A DNA stretch of 64,000 nucleotides from Mustelus asterias (Eukaryota): NCBI RefSeq assembly GCF_964213995.1, contig NW_027590388.1, positions 1-64,000 of the forward strand, given 5' to 3'. Position numbers and translations under genes: made by a program. The notes below the pieces were generated by a model. The model was not told the origin of the DNA, did not search any database, and worked only from the letters and a program-made list of their open reading frames with translations. Shown here piece by piece: positions 11,875-26,759 of this stretch. Every line of letters starts with the position of its first letter. The stretch's first letter is position 1.

Positions 11875-12347
11875 TCAGAAGAAAACAGAGGTTGGCAGTG
11901 CAAAGGTACATTTCTGAATGGAGGGCTGTGACAAGTGACATTCCTCAGGGATCAGTGCTGGGACTTTTGCTGTTTGTAATATATATAAATGATTTGGAGG
12001 AAAATGTAACTGGTTTGATTGGTAAGTTTGTGGATGACACAAAGGTTGGTGGAATTGCGGATAGCGATGGGGACTGGCAAAGGATACAGCAGGATATAGA
12101 TCAGTTGGAGACTTGGGCGGAGAGATGGCAGATGAAGTTTAATCTGGACAAATGTGAGGTAATGCATTTTGGAAGGTCTAATACAGATGGGAAATATACA
12201 GTAAATGGAGAACCCTTCAGAGTATTCATAGGCAGAGGGATCTGGGTGTACAGGTGCACAGGTTATTGAAAGTGGCAATGAGGTGGAGAAGATAATCAAG
12301 AAGGCATACGGCATGCTTGCCTTCATCGGCCGGGGCATTGAGTTTTT
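11875..12347 (+). mobile_element. CR1 RT fragment
   Basis: PQGSVLG...KFVDDTKVGG (ORF 11892-12269). Confidence 0.9.
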
Positions 12348-14036
12348 GGAAGTTTACAAACAGGATCACAAGAATGCTTAAGTAATTAATTTTGGTTACT
12401 GTTATTGTAAAGCACATGCTAAGTTTCTCTGTTTGTGTATGGATGATATTTGTGTGTTGAATGCTTCAAGCTTTGAGGTTTTCTGTCTGTGATTTAAATC
12501 AAACAGATTTTTAACAAAGGAAGTGTGATCACTAAAACTTTTTTTGTTCTGAAGTTGTGAACCTGGAGCCATATTTACTGGCCAGAGACAGGATTCCAGG
12601 ATATTTTACTAAACATGTGGGAATTTTAATCCGGATAAAACTCACTCATGAGAGAATGAGAGTTTTAATTTGTAATGGTTATTTAAAATTTGACACATGT
12701 GAAATGATTCTGACCAATCCTGTGTTGGATTGATCTTGGGTTAAACTTCCTGTCAGGTCCAAAGATTTATTCCTGACGCAAGTAACACAAAGAAAGGGAA
12801 AATTCTGGAATTGGATACTGAAGAAAAGAGTTTAAAAAGAGAGAGTGTTAAATAGAAATGTTCCCAGACCATGTGGTCATTAGATTAAAACAAAGGAAGG
12901 GTGCTGACGTCCATTTGAGAACTTTTAATCCACCCCATTTCTAACTAAGGGAGTCTATGTACAAAGAAAGCCCAAGAAAGACCCCACCAAGGGGGGTCTG
13001 GAAAGCATCATGATGAGGGCACCTGTCCATGAGATGATCACAAAGCCCCATAATGCCCAGATACTAATTTTATTGAACCTATAATGTCTGTAATCTATCG
13101 CCATTCTGATGCGCTGAGTAACTGGATAAGAATTGATGATATTCTTTGTTGGGTGGAGTTGCACATGGTCAGCCCCTGTGGCTTCTCCCCGCTGGCGTAA
13201 CTCAATAAATTGTTTGTCGATTGAATCAGGCACAACACACTGGGTACATTCCCACTTCATCCTTAGGAGTGGCCTGATAGGCCGTGGTCCAGACTCAATG
13301 TGGCCTTTGAGGGGTCGTTGTAAATGTGCATTGATAATGGTTGGAAGCACAGATCACCAGGAAATGGTTCCAGCTTTGCCAGTTGACTCTGCTGTGGGAG
13401 TGGAAGAGGAATGTTCATGTACAGATTCTCAAACTACCTCTTCACCTCCCATTCCAGAAACACCATTACAAGATTTACCAGTGGTATTGTACAGGTTGCA
13501 ATGCAACCACAAAGCTCCTGACAGACTTCCGTATTGTTAAAGACATTACTTTGTTGTATTTCTGTCCTGATGGGGGATTGAAATTTAAGGAGAGGAGAAG
13601 TGTTCCAGAGTGTTCTTCACAACCTCTCTCCCTTCTGAGCACGTGCGGGCTTTGGGCGGGGTTTCAGTCTGCAAGTCCAGGCTGGTTCCAATGCTCCTGT
13701 TTCCTTTTGTTTGCCAATGATTTTTAAACGTTGTTATTTATTTATATAAAGAACATCCTGCTTTTAACAACACATTTGACTACCTTATTTGTGGAATGAA
13801 GTTCCCACAATTGTAAAGCAGGAGATTAGTTAAATGGACAGCCTGAATTGTGTGACAATTGAAGAATAAATGATTCATTAATACAGTTGTTAGGCTCGAA
13901 ATGTAAATTTGAACACAAAAGTTTATAACGTTTAGAATTATAAAGATATAAAGAATGTTTAAAATTCTGTGGGAATTATAAAATGTTACCTTCTGGCAGC
14001 AACAGAATAGAAAAAAACAGATAACAAGACTTGTTA

Positions 14037-14345
14037 GCGTGGCGCGGTGCCACAGTGGTTAGCACTGCTGCCTCACAGTGCCAGTGACCTGGACTCGATT
14101 CCCGGCTTGGGTGACTATGAGGAGTCTGCACGTTCTCCCCCGTGTCTGCGTGGGTTTCCTCCGGGTGCTCCAGTTTCCTCCCACAGTCCGAAAGACGTGC
14201 TGGTTAGGTACATTAGCCGTGTTAAATTCTCAATCAGTGTAACCGATCAGACGCCAGAGTGCGGCAACTAAGGGATTTTCACAGTAACTTCATTGCAGTG
14301 TTAACGTAAGCCTACTGGTGACACTAATAAATAAACTTTAATACT
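14037..14345 (+). mobile_element. V-SINE (gtgacactaataaataaac-tail subfamily) inserted after the duplication
   Basis: Empty site in the paralog near 60765; flanked by ttgtta direct repeat. Confidence 0.88.
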
Positions 14346-14664
14346 TTGTTAACCTTGACTGGAGGGAATGAATCAGTTCCTGTTCAAGATGTCTCAACAT
14401 TGAATGACTGATGTCAACCAATTATTGGTCAACACTCAGGCTACCCCAAGCTAAGAGATATCGTTTGAGAGAAAGAATTGTCTTAAAATTCAGACAATGT
14501 GTGTAACTCGCTAAAAACTAAACCAGTTTCATTATTGACAAGTTATCGACCAATTGGCTAATTCCCAACAATTGGCTGAGCTGGGCTTTCTACATTTTGA
14601 AAGTATAAAAAAGGGGATTCAAGAAACCAATTTGGTTGAAGTTTTTAAAAGTTCATGGTTTTTT

Positions 14665-14918
14665 AAAGTTTATTTATTCGTGTCACACATTCACACTGCA
14701 ATGAAGTTACTCTGAAAATCCCCCAGTCACCACACTCTGGCGCCTGTTAGGGTAAACTGAGGGAGAATTCAGCATGCTCAATGTACCTAACCAGCAAGTC
14801 CTTCGGTCTGTGGGAGAAAACCCACACAGACTGGGGGAGAATATGCAGACTCTGCACAGACAGTGACCCAAGCCGGGTCCCTGGCGCTGTGAGGCAGCAG
14901 TGCTAACCACTGTGCCCG
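14665..14918 (-). mobile_element. V-SINE shared with the paralogous arm
   Basis: Same position as 60167-60450. Confidence 0.85.
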
Positions 14919-15316
14919 ACAGAGAGGTGTTGAAAGCTGTTGATTTTACAAGTTATCCATGTTTTTGGAGCGGTCACTTTTTGCCCTGGTCTGAGAAGGA
15001 TGGAGAGAAGTTTGTTCAATTGTTTAAGTTAAGCTTTCTCCTTTTACTGGTAATAGATTCTTTGCTTTTTTCATCCTTCTCTCTTGTTAAATTTTTAATC
15101 ATTAATAAACTTTCTGAATTCACCATTTAAAGCGTTCTTTCTTGCCATTTGGTTAAGTCACTGGAACCTGGTGTGATTTACGATTAGGGAGGTTATTGTA
15201 AACAAGTGAACCCTATAAATCTTCATTTAAATAAATCAAAGTTTTTACAAATGGAATGCTGTCCTTTATTACGAGGGAAATTGAACATAGGAAAGAGGAT
15301 GTTATGCTTCAGTTAT

Positions 15317-15932
15317 GATGTGGAGATGCTGACGTTGGACTGGGGTAAACACAGTAAGAAGTCTCAGAACACCAGGTTAAAGTCCAATAGGTTTATTTGG
15401 TAGCACAAGCCACTAGCTTTCAGAGCGCTGTCCCTTAATCAGGTGAATGGGAGTTCTGTTCACAAACAGGGCATATTAATCAAGACACAAACTCAATTTA
15501 CAAAATAATGGTTGGAATGCGAGTCTTTACAGGTAATCAAGTCTTAAAGGTACAGACAATGTGAGTGGAGAGAGGGCCAAGCACAGGTTAAAGAGATGTG
15601 TATTGTCTCCAGCCAGGACAGTTAGTGAGATTTTGCAAGCCCAGGCAAGTCGTGGGGGTTACAGATAGTGTGACATGAACCCAAGATCCCGGTTGAGGTC
15701 ATCCTCATGTGTGTGGAACTTGGCTATCAGTTTCTGCTCAGCGATTCTGCGTTGTTATGTGTCATGAAGGCCGCCTTGGAGAACGCTTACCCGAAGATCA
15801 GAGGCTGAATGCCCGTGACTGCTGAAGTGTTTCTCAACTTAAGGGTACACTCCTGCCTGGTGATTGTCGAGCGGTGTTCATTCATTCGTTGTCGTAGCGT
15901 CTGCATGGTCTCCCTAATGTATCTGCCTCGGG
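15317..15932 (-). mobile_element. Penelope-like element 3' end (GIY-YIG fragment and pLTR)
   Basis: ORF 15787-15978 YIRETMQTLRQRMNEHRSTITRQEC; terminal ccccagtccaacg..agcatctccacatc; degenerate hammerhead near 15411-15445. Confidence 0.8.
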
Positions 15933-15959
15933 ACAGGAGCGGTGCCAGAGGACTGGAGG

Positions 15960-17992
15960 ACAACTGATATGGTACCACTAGTCAAGAAGAGAAGTAGGGA
16001 AAAAAACAACAAATTACTGGCCAGTGAGTCTAAATTCAGCAATAGGGAAACGATTGGAAAAAATTCTGGGGGACAGAATTAATTTCCACTTGGGGAGGTA
16101 AGGATTAATCAAGGATGGGCAGCATGGTTTTGGCAAAGAGAGATCATGCCTTACAAACCTGGTTGAATTTTTGAGGAGGTGACTCGGTGTGCAGATGAGG
16201 GGAGTTCAGTTGATGTCGTCAACATGGACTTCATTAAGGCTTTTGACATGGGAGGCTGACGAAGAAGGTAAAAGCCCATGGGATCCAGGGCAATTTGCCA
16301 AACTGGACTCAAAATTGTGTTTGTGACAGGATGCCTGTGTTTAGTGATGTTCCGCAGGGATTGGTGCTGGGTTGTTTGTTACTTGTAGTGTACGTTAATG
16401 ATCTGGAGGTGAATATAGGAGGTATAAGTAAGTTTGCAGATGACACAAAAATTGATGATGTGCTAAAAACCGAGGAGCAAAGCCTTAGATGACAGGATGA
16501 TATCGACAGGGTGGCACGGAGGCACTGCTGCCTCACAGTGCCCGGGACCCGAGTTTGATTCCCGGCTTGGGTCACCCTCTGTGTGGAGTCTGCACATTCT
16601 CCCCAAGTCTGCGTGGGTTTCCTCCGTGTGCTCCGGTTTCCTCCCACAGTCCAAAAGCCGTGTTGATTAGGTGCAGTGGTCATGCTAAATTCTCCCTCAG
16701 TGTACCCAAACAGGCGCTGGAGTGTGGCGACTCAGGGATTTTCACAGTAACTTCACTGCAGTGTTAATGTAAGCCTACTTGTGACACTGGTAAATAAACC
16801 TTAAAACTTTAGTTAAATGGGCAGAATAGTGGCAAGTGGAATTCGACCCTGAAAAGTTTAGTTAATTTTTGGAGGACGAGCAAGGTAACGGAATGCACAA
16901 TGAATGGTCAGATCCTAGGAAGTACAGAGGATCAGAGGGACCTTGGTGTGAATGTCCATAGATCTCTGAAGACAGTAGGACAGTTACATAAGGTGGTTCA
17001 GAAGGCACATGGAATACTTGCCTTTATTAACCGAGGCATTGAATATATGGCTGTAGAGATTCACATTCTAATCAGTATTCTGTAACTTGATTTTGTGCCT
17101 CTGTATGCCCTGTTTCCACTCCATCTGACGAAGGAGCAGCGTTCCAAAAGTTTATGGTATTTGCTACCAAATAAACCTGTTGGACTTTAACCTGGTGTTG
17201 TGAGACTTCTTACTGTGTTCACCCCAGTCCAACGCCGGCATCTCCACATCATGGCCCTGTTTGAGAGCAGATATCCACTCCATCTGACGAAGGAGCAGCA
17301 CTCTGAAACTAATGGCATTGGCTACCAAATAAACCTGTTGTTGTTAAAACTCTTACTGTGTTCACCCAGTCCAACGCCGGCATCTCCACATCATTGAATA
17401 TAAGGGCAGGGAGGTTATGATGGAGCTGTATAAAACACTGGATAGGCCACAGCTGGAGTACTGTGTGCAGTTCTGGTTGCCACACGAGAGGAAGGATGTA
17501 ATTGCACTGGAGAAGGTGCAGAGGAAATTCCCCAGGGTGTTGGCTGGGCTGGAGTGTTTCAGCTATGAGGAGAGGCTGGATAGGCTGGCATTGCTTTTCT
17601 TGGAGCAGAGAAGGGTGAGGGGGACCTGATTGAGGTGTATAAAATTCTGAGGGGCACAGATAGGGGGCATAGGAAGGAACTTTTCTCTTTAGTCGAGGGG
17701 TCAATAACCAGGGACTTGGATTTAATTTCAGGAGCAGGAGGTTTATAGGAGAAGTGAGGAGAAATCTTTTGACCCAGAGGGTGGTGGGAATCTGGAACTC
17801 AGTGCCTGAAAGAATAGTAGAGGTGGGAACCTTCACAACATATAAGAAGAATTTAGTTCAGCTTTTGAAATGCCATGGCATACAAGGTTACGCACAAAGA
17901 ATGGAAAATGGGATTGGAATAGAACGGTCCTTGATAGCCGGCACAAACCCGATGGGCCGAAGGGCCTCTTTCCATGCTGTAAAACTCTATGA
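15960..17992 (+). mobile_element. CR1 LINE 3' half interrupted by a V-SINE (16509-16810) and a Penelope fragment (17055-17393)
   Basis: ORFs 16295-16492 (KFADDTK), 16900-17085, 17417-17629, 17754-18056. Confidence 0.85.
17055..17393 (+). mobile_element. Tandem Penelope pLTR fragments, each with a degenerate minimal hammerhead
   Basis: Direct repeat offset by 159 nt; CCAT-CTGACGA-AGGAGC..-(G)AAA..ATGG at 17121-17157 and 17280-17315. Confidence 0.75.
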
Positions 17993-18154
17993 TCACCCAC
18001 GTTGGCAGCAAGTTCAATATCATCATCAGTCACAACCTCCCCTGTATCTTCACTAACTGAAACAATCCATTTAAAACATTTTTAGTCGAGGAATGTAGCC
18101 ATATTTCTGTTAGGCCGGCATCCTGCATGGAGATTTCCAGCTGTGTGTGTCCAG

Positions 18155-18220
18155 GACAGGAAGCAGTGAGCATGGATCTGTCAATCAGCCTCAATCAGCA
18201 CCTTCAGGAGAATTGGGAGG
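18155..18220 (+). other. Conserved 66-nt upstream mini-exon of ZNF C
   Basis: ccag| acceptor and |gtgaat donor; near-identical at 25984-26049, 34871-34936(-), 46794-46859(-), 58296-58361. Confidence 0.65.
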
Positions 18221-18741
18221 GTGAATATTAGATACAGCAGAGTGAGAATGGAGGGAGAGTGTGTGGGATGGAGATTCACAGCTTTTGGGGAATGAGAGAG
18301 GAAAGAATGTTCCATAGAAACTAGAATTGTTCTGAATTTCTATCCTGTAATGACACTGATCACTTTTGTAAACTCCTTTTACAGGATATTGGAAGGGGAG
18401 GATTTACAGACATAAATCTCAAACCTAATGTCACATCAACATCTGACATCCTCACTCAATTCATCGGGATCTGAATATATCGATCTTTGATTCTCAAAGG
18501 AGAAATGTTTCCCTGTTCTGTCTGCTTCAAAAACTTTAATCATTTGTGTGACTGGAAAAGCACCAAGGCACAGATACACCCGAGTGAGAGTGTTCCAATG
18601 CACTGAGAGTGGTAAGAGCTTTAACCAGTTACACTGCCTGAAAATACATCGCAGCATTCACAGCGGGGAGAGATTGTACCCGTGTTCTGTGTGAGATTTA
18701 ACTGATTGTTTAACCTGGAGAGTCACAAGGATACCCACACC

Positions 18742-20760
<2,019 letters not shown>

Positions 20761-21489
20761 AGAGTAGATTCTAATGGTTATAATCCTCCCCAAGCATGTT
20801 CAGTGAAAAATCAGAGCTCAAGTGGGGACTGGACAGGTCTCTTACCTGCCATTTGGAAACTAAGAACAAGAAACATATCAATAAAATAATTAGAGAATAG
20901 AGCCAACGTTTCGAGTCTGAATGACACTTCGTAAGAGCTCTTATGAAGAGACATCTGGACTCAAAATATTGGCTCTATTCTCTCTCCACAGATGCTGTCA
21001 GACCCGCTGAGATTTTCCAGCATTTTCTGGGTTTTTTTCAGATTCCAGCATCCACAGTATTTCACTTTTATGATAAAATGATTCGGTCTGATTGGAATCC
21101 CCACGACCCTCCCGCATTGTTCTGACTCTACCAGCTGGGCTGTGGAATTAGTTGGATAGATCTTCCAGAGAGCCAGCAGAGACATAATGGGCCAAATGGT
21201 TTCTATTTATGCTGTTTCATTCTCTAAAAGAGTGAATATTCAGTATCAGGGACAGAGAGAAGAACCAGTGACTGCGATTGAACCCAGCCAGAATCAGCAC
21301 CATAAAGGGAGGAGTGAGAGGGAAACGATGTAAAAGCTTTGAAGTTATTGCATGGTCCTGCAGCAGAACTTTGAGAAATGGAGCACAGCAGATCACCAAT
21401 TCTCAATATTTCATTAATTTACCTCAAATGCTAACAATGTTATTTTGAATTAACTGTATGAGGTTTCAATGGCGGTTATTACCCAGCAT

Positions 21490-21830
21490 TCGCTGCGGGT
21501 GTGAAAGTGCCCTATTCATCCACAGGAGCCCAGTGCGCAGGCGCAGCGCTGTATCTGGCGCAGTGTCACTTTGCTCGGAGCCCTGCGGGAGACACTTTTT
21601 TCAACGGGTAAGAATCGGTGGGGCGCAAGGAGGAATGGAACCGGGAGCCGGGGTGGGGAGGGAACAGAGGTTTCATAAACATCTGCTGCAGGCCGCAAGG
21701 CCTGAATTAGAGCCTTCCGGTCCCGGGTTTGCAGCTTAGGGGATTTTATCCGGGATCAGGCCCAGTGCCGCAGCCGCCATTTTTGTTCAGCGGGGAGCAG
21801 AGCGCATGCGCGACCAGTGGGCGGAGCTTC
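21490..21830 (+). promoter_or_regulatory. CpG-rich promoter/first exon (type 2), probably of ZNF D
   Basis: Inverted paralog of 2575-3000; donor cgg|gtaaga at ~21608; GCGCATGCGC at 21801. Confidence 0.65.
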
Positions 21831-22531
21831 AGGATTTGGGTGACCAGGAGAGACAATGTTTGAGTCATTGACTGACAGGCCGGGTTCATGGATGCTGCCT
21901 TTCCCGGGGGAAGGTGCTGCAGGGGGAATGTGCGGCCATTCGAATAACAGAATAAAAACATGATCAAAATTAGGAGCAGGAGGGGGCATCTAGACCCATC
22001 GAGGCTGCTCTGCCATTCAGTAAAGACATGGCTTAACTCAATTTTCCTCCAGCCCCAACCTCTCCATCTCATCACTCCCTGGTCGGTAAAATTGTATATA
22101 ACACAGCTTTGAATATACTCAATGAGCCGGCCTCTACTGTTCAATGAGGGAGAGAATTTCACAGCTTACTGAACTTCTGAGAGAAGCAATTTCTCCTCAT
22201 CTCTGTCTTAGATCATTATTTTTAAGTTGTTCTCGCAGTTCCAGATTCCCTGTTGAGGGGTAAACCCTTTCAGCGTTGACTCTGTCAAGCACCTTCAGAA
22301 TCTCATATGTTTCAGTAAGATCACATCTCATTTATTTAAAATCCAATGAGCATAGATGTACCCTGCCTAACCTTTCCTCATAAAACAGACCCCTTCATGC
22401 CCAAAATCAGCGAGTGAACATTGTCTGAATTGCTTCCAATGTAAGTATATTCCATCTTAAGTAATCTTATGCTAGAAAACAGGAGGGGAGAATGTTATGG
22501 ATTTATATTCGGGACTGACAAATGACTGTTG

Positions 22532-22880
22532 GGGGTGACACAGTGGTTAGCACTTCTGTCTCATAGCGCCAGAGACACGGTTCAATTCCAGCCTCGGGTG
22601 ATTGTCTGTATGGAGTTTACACATTCTCCCTCTGTCCATGTGGGTTTCCTCTGGGTGCTCTGGTTTCCTCCCACACTCCAAAGATGTGCAGGTTAGGTTG
22701 ATCGACAGTGCTAAATTGTGTCTTTGTGTCCCAAGATGAGGGGGAAGGAAAGGGGAGGATTAGTGATGTACGTACATCAGGTTACAGGGATAGGGTCTGA
22801 GTAAAGGTGCTCTGTTAGAAACTTGGTGCAGACTAAATGGCCTAAAAGGCCTCCTTCTGCACTGCAGAGATTCTGTGATT
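22532..22880 (+). mobile_element. HE1-type V-SINE (diverged)
   Basis: Head, V-domain and tail. Confidence 0.85.
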
Positions 22881-23674
22881 TTGGAATCTCCTTGGTTAGA
22901 AGAGGATTTTCAAGCAATCTCAAACCCCCAAAAAATGTTATCTCTTAATTTCAAGCCACAATTAACATGACTCTTGTAATCTCCTTTTGCAGGGAGTTAG
23001 AATATTTGAAGATTGCAATTTTTCTCTGATTCCAGTGCTTCTGACATCTTTCCAGCCGCAGGTTTTAAATTAGAAAACAGTGAAATTGTTTCAGAAGTGA
23101 GTATTATTGAACATTTACCTATAATTTTGAGTTTTTGTGCTGTGCTCTGTTATCTGTGCTCTGGTTCCACGTCTCTGGGGCTGGTGTGACTCCGTTACTG
23201 TGGATCTGAATCCATGTCCATCCATTGCTTTGTTTCACCTCTGCCCTCCCTGATCACCTCTCTGTCATTGTCAGTTCAGAGAAGGATCTGCAGGCTGATA
23301 CCTGGGATGAAGGCGTTGTTTTGTGAGATAAGTTTGGGCCTGTACTGACTGGAGTTTAGAGGTGATCATAGTATTGACATCAGATTGTGAGGTAGTGATT
23401 AGTATAGATGAAGAGAGGATGTTTCCAATGTTGGGGATTCTAGAATTAGTCGGCAGATTGTCAAAATAAAGGGTCCCCCATTTCTGATGGCGATGAGGAG
23501 AAATGTCTTCCCTCAGAGGGCCGTTAGTCTTTGCAATTCTCTTCCCCAGAGAGCAGTGAAGGCTGCATCATTAAATATACTCAAAACACAGAGATTTTTG
23601 ATTGAAAAGGGAGTCAAGGGTGACAGGAAGAAAAGTGGAGTTAAGATTACATCAAATCAGCCATGATCTTGATG

Positions 23675-24110
23675 GGGAGACGATGGCCTTGTGGTATTAT
23701 TGCTGGACTATTAATCAGAAACTCAGCTAATGTTCTGGGGACCCGGGTTTGAATCCTGCCATAGAATCATAGTAATCCTACAGTACAGAGGGAGGCCATT
23801 CAGCCCATCGAGTCTGCACCAACAACAATCCCACCCCATAGCAGCTGGTGGAATTTGAATTCAATAAAAAATATCTGGAATTAAGAAATTACTGATGACC
23901 ATGAAACCCTTTCGATTGTCGGAAAAACCTATCTGGTTCACTCATGTCCTTCAGGGAATGAAATCTGCCATCCTTAATTGGTCTGGCCTACATGTGACTC
24001 CAAAGCCACAACAATGTGGTTGACTCTCAACTGCCCTCCAAGGGCTACTGGGGATGGGTAATAAATGCTGGCCAGCCAGCAACATCCATGTCCCATGAAT
24101 GAATAAAAAA
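23675..24110 (+). mobile_element. DeuSINE-like SINE with a nested HE1 tail (23761-23838)
   Basis: tRNA-like head, aatctgccatcctta..ggtctggcctacatgtgactcc core, ataaatgctggccagcc tail. Confidence 0.7.
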
Positions 24111-24234
24111 AATTCAATTGAACAGCTTGGTGGGCTGAATTTCTAACTATTTCTTATGATCTGTCAGGAACATGAAATGGTGAGTGTCGATCAGCATTAA
24201 TTAGCACCTTCAGGAGAATTGGGTAGTTTATATT

Positions 24235-24565
24235 ATAGAACTCATAGAAACCCTACAGTGCAGAAGGAGGCCATTCGGCCCATCGAGTCTGCACCGACCA
24301 CAATCCCACCCAGGCCCTACCCCCACATATTTACCCGCTAATCCACGCATCTCAGAACTCTAAGGGGCAATTTTTAACCTGGCCAATCAACCTAACCCGC
24401 ACATCTTTGGACTGTGGGAGGAAACCGGAGCACCCGGAGGAAACCCACGCAGACACGAGGAGAATGTGCAAACTCCACACAGGCAGTGACCCAAGCCGGG
24501 AATCGAACCCAGGTCCCTGGAGCTGTGAAGCAGCAGTGCTAACCACTGTGCTACTGTGCTGCCCC
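24235..24565 (-). mobile_element. Young HE1-type V-SINE
   Basis: Nearly identical to 8262-8610. Confidence 0.92.
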
Positions 24566-25099
24566 TAAAGTTTAAAGTTTATTTATTAGTCACAAGTAAG
24601 GCTTATATTAACACTGCAATTTCTCTTAAAGACATTGACATCCTTTGCTCCCCCAGCTTGACACATTGATTTCTGGCTAAAAAGTCCCTTTCCTAATGTT
24701 CACAATTAAAGGGCTGGTTTCCTGAGGAGATGGCTGACATTTAAAAGAACAATAAATTAATATAGGACAGAGATATGCTTAGTGTTGTTATATTGTAGAT
24801 TTGATATATTATTTATGGTTCTGTAACAAAGTACATTTATTATTATTTCTCGTTTTGTAATGTAACACTGAAGCTATGTTATATATTTTCATTCATCGAG
24901 TCATTACAGTGCAGGAGGAGTCCATTCAGTAACTCGAATCCATGCTGACTCTCTGTAGAACAATCCAGTCAGTCCCATTCCCTTTCTATATTCCCTTTCC
25001 CCTGCAACTTTATTTCCTTCATGTGCCCATCTAATTTCTGAAATATATTAAAGGGGACAGTAAACTAATATCGGACAGAGACGTGTCTGATGTTTTTTT

Positions 25100-25465
25100 A
25101 ATTCATCCTTGGGACACGGGCATTGCCGGCTGGGCCAGCATTTATTGCCCATCCCTAATTCCCCTTGAACTGAATGGCTCGCTCGGCCATTTCGGAGGAT
25201 GGTTGAGAGTCAACCACATGTAGGCCAGACTGGGTAAGGACGGCAGATTTCCTTCCCTAAAGCACATTAATGAACCAGATGGGTTTTTTGGTCAATCGAC
25301 AATTGTTTCATGGTCATCAGTCGATTCTTAGTTCTAGATTTTGTTTTTAAATTCAAATTCCACCATCTGCCGTGGCAGGATTCGAACCTGGGTCCCCAGA
25401 ACATCAGCTAAATTTCTGGATTAATAGTCTAGCGATAATACCACGAGGCTATCAGCTCCCCTGTT
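25100..25465 (-). mobile_element. DeuSINE-like SINE
   Basis: Reverse complement of the 23675-24110 family. Confidence 0.7.
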
Positions 25466-26759
25466 ATATGGTACAGATTAGATATATTATTTATAGCTCT
25501 GTAATAAAATACACTTATTATATCTGGCTGTGTAATTTTGGACTACAGCTGTATTATATATTTCCAACAATCTCTTCCCTCAGAGAATTGTTAGTATCAA
25601 GATTTCTCTTCCATAGGGACCAGTGGAGGGATTGAATATATTCAAGGATGAGTTAGACAGTGTTTGAATGACAAGGGAGTCAATAATTATTGGGAACAGG
25701 CTGGAAAATGGAGAGAAAGCTCAGGTGAGGAAGGATTTCTTCACTCAAGGATGTGGTGATGTTTTGGATTCTCTACCACAGAGGACTATAGAGCCTCAGT
25801 CATCAAAAATTTTCAAGAGAGGGATTGATAGGTTTCTAGATATTGAAGATATCGATGGATGTGGGGGACAGTGTGGGGAAAATAATGCAGAGGTAGATCA
25901 ACCAATAATCTGAATGAATGGTTGAGCAGACTCGATGGGCCGAATGCTGACTGCAGCTCCTATTTGTTCTGATTTCTGTGCTGGACAGGAAGCAGTGAGC
26001 ATGGATCTGTCAATCAGCCTCAATCAGCACCTTCAGGAGAATTGGGAGGGTGAATATTAGATACAGCAGAGTGAGAATGGAGGGAGAGTGTGTGGGATGG
26101 AGGTTCACAGCTTTTGGGGAATGGGAGAGGAAAGAATGTTCATTAGAATCATAGAATTGCTGCATCTTATCAACCGTCCCTGAGCTTTCACAATGAATCC
26201 CACTTCTGAGGACACCCTTATCTCTGACTTGTCCGTACTGCTGGCAGTCTCACAAAGCAGCTGCCTGTGTGCTGATACGGGAGGCCCTGCTCGGCTAGTT
26301 TAATGCTTCATGACTGTGTCTCTAATGAATGCTCCATAGAAACTAGAAATGTAGATTTAAATTTGGATCGTATTCTGAATTGCGATGTTTTTTCTAAATT
26401 GGCTTACAGGATATTAGACAAGGAGAAATCAGACAGAAATCTCCAACATCACATCGAGATCTGACAGAGTGACTCGACTTCTTGGGACCTGAATATCATC
26501 GGCCTTTGAATCTAGCAGGAGAAATGTTTGTTTGGCCTCTTGGCTTCAAAGGATTGTAAACATCGCTGTGACTAGAAATGCAGTGAGATACACACACCCG
26601 AGTGAGAGTGTTCCAGTGCACTGAGTGTGGAAAGAGCTTTAACCAGTTACACAGCCTGAAAATACATTGCAGCATTCACAGCGGGGAGAGACTGTACCCG
26701 TGTTCTGTGTGAGATTTAACTGATTGTTTAACCTGGAGAGTCACAAGGACACCCGCACC

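Larger units (their letters stand above)
12344..15317. repeat. Segmental duplication arm; inverted paralog at 59783-62798
   Basis: Collinear reverse-complement matches, e.g. 12370-12420 vs 62720-62775 and 15150-15260 vs 59840-59950; shared SINE 14665-14918 / 60167-60450. Confidence 0.88.
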
